Origin: Spirochaetia bacterium
Lineage (GTDB): Bacteria; Spirochaetota; Spirochaetia; SZUA-6; Bin103
Assembly: GCA_965199955.1 (NCBI GenBank)
Contig: CBDATQ010000002.1
Span: 1,440,001-1,504,000 of the forward strand
Direction of reading: 5' to 3'
Length of the DNA: 64,000 nt
This document shows, piece by piece, positions 30,401 to 39,090 of the stretch (the first letter of the stretch is position 1; every line of letters starts with the position of its first letter). The notes under the pieces are model-generated. The model worked only from the letters and a program-made list of their open reading frames with translations, had not been told where the DNA came from and ran no database searches. The position numbers and the translations under genes were made by a program.

Positions 30401-30528
30401 CGGATCATCTTATCTCCGCCGCCGCCGGGTGCTCAAACCCGTCCCAGGACTGATGAAAGTCGTGCGGTGCCCCTGCCGCCATGACATGCCGTACTGCGAT
30501 CAAGTAGCGTCGAAGGAGGGAGCGCGCC

Positions 30529-30989
30529 GTGGCAAAGCACCTGTTCATCGACGACCGCTTCGTCGCGGAGACGTCCGGTCTCACCCGGCGTTTCCATCAG
30601 GCGCGGAAGTGCGGGCGGAATCCGGTGATCCGCGCCGACCGGCCGTGGGAGAAGGACGCAGCGTTCGTCGACTCGGCGATGGTCGTCTACGACGAGGCGG
30701 CCGGCCGGCGTGCTGGTCACCGAGCCGTTCACGGCCGACGGGACGGCGATCGCCGTCAACGCCGACGCCCGCGGGTCGCTGCGGGTCGAGGTGCTCGACG
30801 AGGAAGGCCGGCCCGTGGCGGGCCTGGCCCGCGAGCAGGCGAAACCGATCGTCGGCGACCACCTGCGGGCGCGGGCCGCGTGGTCATCCGGATCGGACCT
30901 GGACTCCGTGCGGGGTCGCACCATTCGTCTGAAGGTACGTCGAGCACGGCGAACTGTACTCGCTGTCCATCGTCGACGACACCGGTTGA
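30529..30989 (+). pseudogene. Beta-propeller glycosidase-like gene with the catalytic core deleted
   Basis: AAGGAGG RBS. KHLFIDD...NPVIRADRPWE is joined to the C-terminal domain LVTEPF..VNADARGSLRVEVLDEEGRPVAG...IRLK..GELYSL. Confidence 0.75.
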
Positions 30990-31037
30990 CCAGCGCGTAC
31001 TTTGACTCATACGATTTCTCACAAGAGAAGTATTGCC

Positions 31038-31289
31038 ATGGCGAAAGTGAGGATCGCGGTGTCCGTCGAGCACTCGCTCGCGCAGCGCGCCGACGAGGTC
31101 GCGCGAACGTCGGGAACACCTCGCAGCCGCATCTACGCGCAGGCGCTGGAGGAGTTCCTGACCAGGTGGGAAAACCAGGCTCTCCTGCAAGGCATCAACG
31201 ACGCGTATGCCGACTTTCCCGACGAGGAAGAGGCGGCGACTCTGCGAAGGCTCGGACCCCGGCAGGAGCGCGTGCTCGATTCGTGGTAG
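31038..31289 (+). CDS. Ribbon-helix-helix antitoxin (ChpI/MazE-like)
   Basis: KVRIAVSV..L..RAD.VA...PRSRIYAQALEEFL...LLQGINDAY. Ends in Trp and overlaps the toxin. Confidence 0.85.
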   Translation: MAKVRIAVSVEHSLAQRADEVARTSGTPRSRIYAQALEEFLTRWENQALLQGINDAYADFPDEEEAATLRRLGPRQERVLDSW

Positions 31290-31660
31290 TCAGTCAGGGC
31301 GACCTGTTCTGGGTCGATCTCGGCGAGCCGTCGGGCTCGCGACCGGGATTCCGCCGGCCGTTCGTGGTGGTTCAGAACGATCTCTTCAATCGCAGCCGGC
31401 TGTCGACGGTCATCGTGTGCGCCCTGACGTCGAACGTGCGCCGGGCCGAGGCGCCGGGAAACGTGCTGTTGCCGAAGGGTGTCGGCAACCTCCCCGGGGA
31501 CAGCGTCGCCAACGTGACGCAGCTCGTCACGATCGACAAGGGTGAGCTGACCGACCGGATCGGGCGGCTCGGAAGGGATCTCGTGGTCGACATTCTCCGC
31601 GGGATCGACCTGGTCCTCGATCCCCGGCGGACCCTGGATGGCGGAACGGCCGCGACCTGA
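31283..31660 (+). CDS. mazF: PemK/MazF-family mRNA interferase toxin
   Basis: QGDLFWVDLGEPSGSRPGFRRPFVVVQND.FN.SRLSTVIVCALTSN and DSVANVTQLVTIDK. Confidence 0.93.
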   Translation: MVVSQGDLFWVDLGEPSGSRPGFRRPFVVVQNDLFNRSRLSTVIVCALTSNVRRAEAPGNVLLPKGVGNLPGDSVANVTQLVTIDKGELTDRIGRLGRDLVVDILRGIDLVLDPRRTLDGGTAAT

Positions 31661-31699
31661 GATCCGGTTCTGCGGTCCGATGGCAAGGGGAACGCCTGC

Positions 31700-31830
31700 T
31701 CCTGTTGATGATCTCGAAGCGCAGGTAGACCGGCTTGCCGGCCGCCGACAGGTCGGGGCTGCCGTTCCAGGCGACCGGCACGTCGTCCTGGTGCCGCGCA
31801 GCGCGTCCTAGTCGTCCAGGCTGAAGCCGT
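31700..31830 (-). pseudogene. Degraded C-terminal remnant of the same propeller-glycosidase-like family
   Basis: GFSLDD*DALRG / DDVPVAWNGSPDLSAAGKPVYLRFEI, with stops and a frameshift. Confidence 0.55.
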
Positions 31831-31905
31831 GTTAGGATCGCGTGGTGTATCCGTGCATGAGGGGAGTGATGTATTGATGGACGGGCGAGCCCGCGAGATC
31901 GAACC

Positions 31906-33336
31906 ATGAGCGGGACTATCGACATCGGCACGCGCCTGGAACCGATCGTCGACCGCTACCTGATCGACCGACTGGACGGTACCCGTCTGGCGCTGCAGCA
32001 GCCGCGTGACGAGGGGCCGGTCCTCTGGAGCGACCGGCCTTGGGAGGGCATGATCGGCTACTTCACCGTGCTCAAGGACGGCGACACGTACCGCGCCTAC
32101 TACCGCGGCAAGAGCGGCGACGGTCCCGACGGCGGGCCGGACGAGAGCACCTGCTACGCCGAGTCTTCAGACGGCTGCCACTGGACGAAGCCCGATCTCG
32201 GTCTGGTGGAGATCGACGGCTCGCGCGACAACAACGTCATCCTGGGTCCGGAATCGCCCGCGGTACGCCACAACTTCGGCCCGTTCCTCGATACCGGCCC
32301 CGCGGCCGGCAGCTTCCGGCTCAAGGCGCTGGCAGGCCTGTTCAAACACGACCAGCTCGACGCGACCACCGGCGGCATGCTGCTGTACGGCTCCGAGGAC
32401 GGCACACGCTGGCAGCAGCTCCGCGACGAGCCGGTGATCGATCAGTCGCACCGCGGCCCGACGATCAGCGACACCACCTCCGTGCCGACGTTCTGGTCGC
32501 AGGTCGAAGGATGCTACGTCGCCTACCTGCGCGACTGGCTCGGTCCGCCCAAGCGACCCGGCCACGCCGGCTCCATCCGGTGGATCGCCCGATCCACCTC
32601 GCCCGACCTCCTCGCCTGGACCCCGCTTGCGAAGGTACGCGCGGAGCCGGTGGAGCACCTCTACACCAGCAACGTGCAGCCGTATTTCAGGGCGCCGCAC
32701 CTGTCGATCGCCTTCCCGGCGCGCTTCCAGTTCGGGCGGCAGGTGGTGACGGCCGAGGAGTGCCGGAGGCTCGGCCTGACCCCGGACTACGTCGAGGATT
32801 GCTCGGACGCGGTGTTCATGACCTCGCGCGGCGGCCTGGATTTCGACCGCACCTTTCCGGAGAGCTTCATCCGCCCCGGCATCGGTCCCAACAACTGGAT
32901 CACGCGTACCAACTATCCGGCCACCGGGCTGGTGCCGACCGGCCCGTACGAGATGTCGCTGTACCTGATGCAGGACAACGCCCAGGCGACCGCGCACCTG
33001 CGCCGCTATTCCCTGCGCCTGGACGGCTTCGTCTCGGTGCACGCCCCCTACGCGGGCGGGGAGATGGTCACCAGGCCGCTGACCTTCGCGGGGACGCGGC
33101 TGCTGCTCAACTTTTCCACCTCGTCCGCCGGCAGCATCCGCGTCGAGTTGCAGGACGCGCAGGGCCGGCCTCTTCCAGGCTATACTCTGGGCGAGTCGCG
33201 CGAGCTGATCGGCAATCACATCGATCGAGAGGCAAGCTGGGATTCCGGAGCCGACGTGGCCGCCCTGGCCGGACGGGCGGTGCGGTTGCGCCTTCTCATG
33301 AAGGACGCCGACCTGTTCGCACTGCGCTTCCGGTAG
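31906..33336 (+). CDS. Uncharacterised beta-propeller glycosidase-like protein with a C-terminal beta-sandwich
   Basis: DRPWEG, YAESSDGCHWTKPDLGLVE, SEDGTRW, LRLDGFVS and GRAVRLRLLMKDADLFALRF. Confidence 0.75.
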   Translation: MSGTIDIGTRLEPIVDRYLIDRLDGTRLALQQPRDEGPVLWSDRPWEGMIGYFTVLKDGDTYRAYYRGKSGDGPDGGPDESTCYAESSDGCHWTKPDLGLVEIDGSRDNNVILGPESPAVRHNFGPFLDTGPAAGSFRLKALAGLFKHDQLDATTGGMLLYGSEDGTRWQQLRDEPVIDQSHRGPTISDTTSVPTFWSQVEGCYVAYLRDWLGPPKRPGHAGSIRWIARSTSPDLLAWTPLAKVRAEPVEHLYTSNVQPYFRAPHLSIAFPARFQFGRQVVTAEECRRLGLTPDYVEDCSDAVFMTSRGGLDFDRTFPESFIRPGIGPNNWITRTNYPATGLVPTGPYEMSLYLMQDNAQATAHLRRYSLRLDGFVSVHAPYAGGEMVTRPLTFAGTRLLLNFSTSSAGSIRVELQDAQGRPLPGYTLGESRELIGNHIDREASWDSGADVAALAGRAVRLRLLMKDADLFALRFR

Positions 33337-33375
33337 GCCGGTACAACCGGCGCGAACACTAAGGAGGAATCGACC

Positions 33376-34557
33376 ATGCACAACCTGCCAGGCGATCTGA
33401 TGATCTGCAGTTGGGGAGACACGCTGAATGCCGAGCGCCCGGAGCACGTGCTCGACTCGCCGGAGCGCATCCGCGACGCGCTGGTGAGCTGGAAGGAGAC
33501 CTACGGCATCTTGGGGGTGCTGTGGCGCCAGGAGCGCTGGCTCGCCAAGCTCGCCCGCATCACGGACCGCGCCCGCCGGAACGAGCCCCAGGTCTACGAC
33601 GTGGTGCAGCAGGTGGACGACGCGGCGGCGGCCACCGAGGCGGCCCGCGATGCCGGCGTCAAGATCTACTGCTACGTCGACCTGTACGACGAGGGGCAGC
33701 CGCCGCACTCCGACGCCTACACCCACGGCGCGTTCCAGTGGGAGTCTGAGTTCTTTGCCAACCATCCGGAGTACTACGCGTGCGACCGCACCTGGGACAA
33801 GCGCCACTGGGGGGTGCCGGAGTACACCTACCCGGAGGTGCGCGAGTACAAGTGCCGGGAGGAGCTGGCCTGGCTGGTCGACAGCTACCGCTGGGACGGC
33901 GTCTACATCTCGACGCGCGGCCACCGCATGAACGCCGATCACGGCGACCAGTACGGCTTCAACCTGCCGGTGGCGGAGGCGTTCCGCGAGCGCTACGGCG
34001 TCGACATCCTGACCGAGAACTTCGACCTGGATGCGTGGCGGCGCCTGCGCGGCGAGTCCATCACCCAGTACCTGCGCGACGTCCGGGCGCTCTGCGACGA
34101 GCGCGGCCTGACGCTCGGCATCGGCGTGCCGCCCGGCGACCACTTCGGCCGGCCGATCGGCAACATCCACCTGGACTGGCGGACCTGGATCTCGGAGAAG
34201 ATCATCGACGGCATCAACATCGGCCACGCCAACGTGGTCGGCCAACACCTGCGGACCGGCTACGGCTACGTGCAGAGCTACTTCGACGGCGAATTCGGCC
34301 TGCAGCCGCTGCCGGAGATACTGGGCGAGCAGTACGGCCCGCTCTGCACCAAGCATGGCGTCGGGCTCTGGGCAAGCCTGATGATCCGCGAGCGGCTGGC
34401 GAAGATGTACGGCAGGAAGTACACGAACGAGCTGCTGCGCGCGATCCCTGGCGTCAACGGCCTGTCGTGGAGCTGGGCCAGCAAGGGCGACCGCATGCTG
34501 ACGGTGGACCTTGACGAAGGGCCGATGCCGTCGCCGCTGGCGGCCGAGGGGGTCTGA
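33376..34557 (+). CDS. Glycosyl hydrolase-like TIM-barrel protein (GHL10/DUF187-like)
   Basis: AGGAGG RBS, FFANHPEYY, YTYPEVREYK, YRWDGVY and LDWRTWISEKIIDGI. Confidence 0.7.
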   Translation: MHNLPGDLMICSWGDTLNAERPEHVLDSPERIRDALVSWKETYGILGVLWRQERWLAKLARITDRARRNEPQVYDVVQQVDDAAAATEAARDAGVKIYCYVDLYDEGQPPHSDAYTHGAFQWESEFFANHPEYYACDRTWDKRHWGVPEYTYPEVREYKCREELAWLVDSYRWDGVYISTRGHRMNADHGDQYGFNLPVAEAFRERYGVDILTENFDLDAWRRLRGESITQYLRDVRALCDERGLTLGIGVPPGDHFGRPIGNIHLDWRTWISEKIIDGINIGHANVVGQHLRTGYGYVQSYFDGEFGLQPLPEILGEQYGPLCTKHGVGLWASLMIRERLAKMYGRKYTNELLRAIPGVNGLSWSWASKGDRMLTVDLDEGPMPSPLAAEGV

Positions 34558-34570
34558 CGCACCCGCCGGA

Positions 34571-34696
34571 TCAGGCGCTCACGAACTGAAAGGCGTACAG
34601 CTTCGCCGAGCGCATGCGCACGTGCAGCCGGACCGGCCGACCGCGGAGCGGACCGATCATCTTGAAGCGCTCCTCCGGCCGGCCGTGGAAGTCGTA
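34571..34696 (-). pseudogene. Internally deleted paralog of 35689-37131
   Basis: YDFHGRPEERFKMI is joined to GPLRGRPVRLHVRMRSAKLYAFQFVSA*. The matching segments lie more than 300 codons apart in the intact paralog. Confidence 0.75.
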
Positions 34697-34710
34697 TCAT
34701 GGGCGTTGCC

Positions 34711-35673
34711 ATGAGAGCCATTCAAATCACGGAGCCGGGCCGGTTCCGGATCGTCGATACGCCGGAGCCAGCCGCGGGCCCGGGCGAGGTGCTGATCGCC
34801 GTGCAGGCTTGCGTGACGTGCCCGCACTGGGACACCACGCTGTTCCGCGGCGTCGACATCTTCGAGCGGCCGGGCCACCCCAAGTACCCGATCCCGGTGG
34901 GCTACCCCGGGCACGAGGTGTCGGGCAGGGTCGAGGCGGTGGGCGAGGGCGTCACGTCGCTGCAGGTCGGGGATCGCGTCGCCACCCTGAAGGCGGGCGG
35001 CGAGAGCAACCCCGGGTTCTACAGCGAGCTCATCGCGCGGCCGGCGGACATGGTCGTCCGCATCCCGGACAACACTTCGTACGAGGCGGCGGCGTCGATG
35101 GAGATGGCCTTCCACATGTCGCCCTACGTGCACGCGCTCGGCGACGTCGCCGGCAAGCGGGTGGGCATCGTCGGCCTGGGGCCGGCCGGCATCATCGCGC
35201 TGCAGATGGTTCGGGCCCAGGGTGCCGGCGCCGTGGTGGCGATCGACTTGGTGCCGGAGCGCCTGGAGCTGGCGCGCACGCTGGGCGCGGACCAGGCGGT
35301 CCGCATCGAGCCGGGCACGCCGGCGGAGCTGGAACGGGAGCCGCTGGAAGCCAGCATCGATTGCACCGGCGCGGCCGCGGGCATGCAGGTGGCGCTGGAC
35401 CACACCGTCGGCGGGCCGGTGTCGCCGTTCGGCGTGATCCACGGAGAGGCGATCTACACGACCCGCCACTGGCGCAACCGCACGGGCATCGCCTCGCGCG
35501 TGGCGCCGGAGGCGCCTGACGCTTCCTACGTGACCGGGCTGTGGGCGGCGGAGAAGCTCAATACCGAGGTGCTGATCGGTGCCCGCCTGCCCTTCGAGCG
35601 CTACGACGAGGGTGTGCAGCTCCTGCTCGCCAAGCAGGCGCTGAAGATCTGCTACCTGCCGCAGGGCACCTGA
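34711..35673 (+). CDS. Zinc-binding (MDR) alcohol dehydrogenase
   Basis: YPGHEVSG.VEAVGEGV, GIVGLGPAG and IDCTG. Confidence 0.9.
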   Translation: MRAIQITEPGRFRIVDTPEPAAGPGEVLIAVQACVTCPHWDTTLFRGVDIFERPGHPKYPIPVGYPGHEVSGRVEAVGEGVTSLQVGDRVATLKAGGESNPGFYSELIARPADMVVRIPDNTSYEAAASMEMAFHMSPYVHALGDVAGKRVGIVGLGPAGIIALQMVRAQGAGAVVAIDLVPERLELARTLGADQAVRIEPGTPAELEREPLEASIDCTGAAAGMQVALDHTVGGPVSPFGVIHGEAIYTTRHWRNRTGIASRVAPEAPDASYVTGLWAAEKLNTEVLIGARLPFERYDEGVQLLLAKQALKICYLPQGT

Positions 35674-35688
35674 AGCGGCCGCTCCGGA

Positions 35689-37131
35689 TCAGCGGAACTG
35701 GAACGCGTAGAGCTTGGCCGACCGCATGTCGAAGTGCAGGCGGATCGGCCGACCGGTGTGGCTGCCGAGCGAGGGGGAGCCGTCCCAGCTCACGGTGTGG
35801 CGCACGTCGTTGACCATCACGCGGCGGCAGCGTGACAGCTCGAAGCCGGAGAGCGGCCGGCCGGCTTCGTCCCGGACCTCGACCTGCGCCTGTCCCATGG
35901 CGGCGACGTCGATGTTCAGCTCCAGCCGCTCGCCTGCGAAGCGGAGCGGCGGCGTGGTGAGCGTGCCGCCGGTGTAGGCGGCGTCGGCCGACACGAAGCC
36001 GTCCAGGCGCTGCTCCGCCAGGCCGATGCCGTTGCCGTAGCCGCGGTCGCGCCGCTCTTCGTCGCTGAGCGCGCGGAAGCCGCCGTGCGTCCAGGGGCTG
36101 CCGGTGTACATCTGCAGGAACCGGTCGCCGCGGCGCAGGTGGGCGGGCGATGCGTGGATGGTGCCGCCGTCGAAGGTGCCGGGCAGGCCGCGGCCGATGT
36201 ACGGCCGGCGGTCGTAGCGCATCCAGTGGATGCTGTCGCGGCTGGCGGCGAACTGCGCGTCGTTGAGCCCGTCGTTGCGCACCGTGGTCTCGCCCTCGCC
36301 GAAGTGCTGGTAGGTCATCGGGAACATGAAGTAGGCGTCCTCGGCGTGGGGGTACGGCAGCACGTCGTGGTGGTAGATGTCGGAGTCGGGCGGATCGTGC
36401 TCGTCGGCGGCCAGCACGGTGCGGATCTTCTCCTCCGGCCACGGTGCGGTCAGATCGTCCACCTCGATGCGGCCGATGGAGCGGCCGGGGCGCAGCATCT
36501 GCGGCGCGACCACCGGCGGGTCGCTCGCGACCGGTTCGACGAACGGGTACATCGGCGTGCCGTCGTCGGCGACGATCAGTTTCAGCCATGCGACGTAGCG
36601 GCCGATGCGCCCGTCCCAGTACGCTTGTTTGGGCGTATCCGGCTTCAGGCCGGATACCAGGTCCTCGGGAAGCGACCAGCGTAGCCCGTCCGGTGAGGCG
36701 CCGACGCGGATGCCCGCGCCGCGCACCTGCTCCACCATCTTGAAGCGCTCGGCCTCTGCGCCGTTCGGATCGATGAAGATGTACGGGAGCTTGCAGTCGG
36801 CCAGCACGATGTTGTTGCGCTTCGAGCCGTCGTACTCCACCAAGCCCAGCTCCGGCTTCTCCCAGGTGCGCCCGTCCTCCGACATCGCGTAGCACAGGTG
36901 CCACCGGCCGCCGGCCCACTGGTCCCTGTCCGACGCGGCATACCACAGCTTGAACGCGCCTTCGTCCTCCAGCACGCAGCTCCAGCCGATGGAGAACGAC
37001 TCCCAGTGGTGCTCACCGCGCAGCACCGGGCCGGGCAGCTTGACCGGCGGGTTGACGGTGAGCTCGACGTCCCGAGCCTCACCGACGAAGCGATGGTCGA
37101 TGAAGAGCTGCTTGCGATTGCCGACGTCCAA
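35689..37131 (-). CDS. Uncharacterised beta-propeller glycosidase-like protein with a C-terminal beta-sandwich
   Basis: TTG start with GGAGG RBS. KQLFID, YAMSEDGRTWEKPELGLVE, SRDSIHW, RLDGFVS and RSAKLYAFQF. Confidence 0.75.
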   Translation of the reverse strand: MDVGNRKQLFIDHRFVGEARDVELTVNPPVKLPGPVLRGEHHWESFSIGWSCVLEDEGAFKLWYAASDRDQWAGGRWHLCYAMSEDGRTWEKPELGLVEYDGSKRNNIVLADCKLPYIFIDPNGAEAERFKMVEQVRGAGIRVGASPDGLRWSLPEDLVSGLKPDTPKQAYWDGRIGRYVAWLKLIVADDGTPMYPFVEPVASDPPVVAPQMLRPGRSIGRIEVDDLTAPWPEEKIRTVLAADEHDPPDSDIYHHDVLPYPHAEDAYFMFPMTYQHFGEGETTVRNDGLNDAQFAASRDSIHWMRYDRRPYIGRGLPGTFDGGTIHASPAHLRRGDRFLQMYTGSPWTHGGFRALSDEERRDRGYGNGIGLAEQRLDGFVSADAAYTGGTLTTPPLRFAGERLELNIDVAAMGQAQVEVRDEAGRPLSGFELSRCRRVMVNDVRHTVSWDGSPSLGSHTGRPIRLHFDMRSAKLYAFQFR

Positions 37132-37197
37132 CCTCGGTCCTCCCCTGAAGCGCCCAGGGTAGCGTGGTTCGAGCCGGGTCTCCAGTCGTCGTGTCCG

Positions 37198-37403
37198 TTG
37201 ATCGGAAGCTTCCCGACTGGCTGGGCTATGGCTGCATTCGAGTACCGTCAGGCTGAGGAAATCCGGGATGCCTTGCACCGGCACGGCGTCCGCTACCTCT
37301 TCATCATAGCCAGCAAGGAGGCCGCCAACCGGGGAAGGATCGCGAGTCGCTGCCTCGACTTCGGTCGTTCCGCGATTATTGGGAGCTCAACCGCCGTAGG
37401 TAG
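37198..37403 (+). pseudogene. Remnant of a two-gene nucleotidyltransferase-type TA-like module
   Basis: The tail LPDWLGYG of an upstream gene overlaps MAAFEYRQAEEIRDALHRHGVRYLFI, which is joined to IASKEAANR and then (frameshifted) KDRESLPRLRSFRDYW. Confidence 0.55.
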
Positions 37404-37448
37404 AGTCCGCTGGCGGCCCGTGCGGTTACGCGGGGACTGCCGTAGCCG

Positions 37449-38945
37449 TCAGTAATACCGGCGTCCGAATGGCGAGTACTCGGGGGGCGGCCGGCGGAAG
37501 TGCGGCCGCGCGGCGGCAGCGGCCAGGTCGTCGCCGTCGAGCATCGCCTCGTCGCCGTGGCGGCGGCACCAGTCGACCAGGTACGAGCGCAGCGAGCGCC
37601 GCCGGGACGCGGCCGGCTCGGATGCCGATCCGGACAGGTCGCACAGCTCGTGCGGGTCGGCGTCCAGGTCGAAGAGCTCCTCGACCGCGCCGTCCTGGTG
37701 GTAGATGTACTTCCAGCGCTGGTCGCGCACCATGTACTGTTGCCGGGGAGCGTCGTGGCACTGGGCGACCAGGGCGTCCCGCACCGGCCCCTCGCCGCGC
37801 AGCATCGCCGACAGGTCGAGGCCGTCGATCCCCGCCGGCACCGGCTCACCGGCCGCCGCCAGCAGGGTCGGCATCAGGTCGTGCAGCCCGATCAAGCCGT
37901 CCTCGCGGCGGCCCTCCGGCAGCGTCCCCGGCTGGCTGGCGATCAGCGGCACGCACGCCGAGCCCTCGTAGAAGGTCTCCTTGAAGTAGTGCCCGAAGTC
38001 TCCGAGCATCTCGCCGTGGTCGGCGGTGAACACCACCAGCGTGTCCTCGCGCAGGCCGCGCTGCTCCAGAAAGTCCAGCAGCCGGCCGACCTGCAGGTCC
38101 TGGAAGGTGACCAGCCCGTAGTAGTGCGCCTTGATCGTGCGCCTCGCCTGCGGGGAGAGCTTGTTCCACTCGTACTCCTCCGGCCGGCTGGCCAGCGCCG
38201 TGAGGCCGCGCTCGGCCAGCAGCTCGACGCTGCCGGTCGGATCGGGCATCTGCCGCGGGTCGTAGCGCGCGTCGAACGGCCGCGGCGGATCGAAGGCGCT
38301 GTGAGGCTTGGGAAACGAGGCGAACAGGAAGAACGGCCGGCCGCGATGCTCCTGCAGGTGCCGGTCCAGGTGATGGATGGCTCGCGTGGCGACCCAGGCG
38401 TCCACGTAGTGCTCGCTCGGCATCTGGCTGGCCGACGCGAACACGTCGTTGTTGCCCAAGCCGTTGGCGCGCGAGTAGCCGCCCCAGCCGACCTCGTGCA
38501 GGTAGTCGAGGTAGTCCTCCAGGCCGCGCAGCCGTCCCTCCGGGTCCCACTTGCCCAGCGCCCGGCCCGATTCCGCCACCTCCGCCACCTGGAAGCCGTG
38601 CGTGACGCGCGGCTCGCCCGGCGGCGCGTACGGCAGGTAGTGCAGCTTGCCGGTGGAGTAGGTGCGGTAGCCGGCCGCGGCCAGCTCGGCCGGCAGCAGC
38701 GGGAAGCCGGGGAGAATGGCGCCCTCGTTGTTCTTGGTGCCCGTGCAGCGGTGCGGGTAGCAGCCGGTCGCGAGCGCCGCCCGCGCCGGGACGCAGATCG
38801 GCGCGGGGGTGTAGCAGGCGGTGCAGTTCACGCCGCTCTGCGCCAGCCGGTCCAGGTTGGGCGTGTCTGTCACCGGGTTGCCGTTGCAGGCCAGCGCGTC
38901 GGCGCGGAGCTGGTCGGCCATGATCAGCAGGATGTTCGTGGGCAT
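37449..38945 (-). CDS. Sulfatase (S1, Cys-type)
   Basis: NILLIMADQLR, TPNLDRLA, CVPAR, GKLHY, SFPKPH and FTADHGEMLGD. Confidence 0.93.
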   Translation of the reverse strand: MPTNILLIMADQLRADALACNGNPVTDTPNLDRLAQSGVNCTACYTPAPICVPARAALATGCYPHRCTGTKNNEGAILPGFPLLPAELAAAGYRTYSTGKLHYLPYAPPGEPRVTHGFQVAEVAESGRALGKWDPEGRLRGLEDYLDYLHEVGWGGYSRANGLGNNDVFASASQMPSEHYVDAWVATRAIHHLDRHLQEHRGRPFFLFASFPKPHSAFDPPRPFDARYDPRQMPDPTGSVELLAERGLTALASRPEEYEWNKLSPQARRTIKAHYYGLVTFQDLQVGRLLDFLEQRGLREDTLVVFTADHGEMLGDFGHYFKETFYEGSACVPLIASQPGTLPEGRREDGLIGLHDLMPTLLAAAGEPVPAGIDGLDLSAMLRGEGPVRDALVAQCHDAPRQQYMVRDQRWKYIYHQDGAVEELFDLDADPHELCDLSGSASEPAASRRRSLRSYLVDWCRRHGDEAMLDGDDLAAAAARPHFRRPPPEYSPFGRRYY

Positions 38946-38967
38946 GGATGCGGTTCCGGTGGACAGC

Positions 38968-39084
38968 CTATCCCTTGAGCGACCCCAGTGTGAGCCCCTT
39001 GATGAAGGATGGGCAACGCCAGCGGCAGGTAGATGCGCACGAATATCCTGAAATAGCCGGCGCCGTCCATCTTGGCGGACTCCC
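38968..39084 (-). pseudogene. Carbohydrate ABC permease remnant with an internal deletion
   Basis: ESAKMDGAGYFRIFVRIYLPLALPI is joined, out of frame, to FIKGLTLGSLKG*. Confidence 0.8.
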
Positions 39085-39090
39085 GGCGAT

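Noticed and set aside
30710..31660. Glycosidase-domain/MazF fusion ORF (316 aa)
   Set aside because: The frame crosses the antitoxin out of phase. MazF starts at 31283 and overlaps its antitoxin normally.
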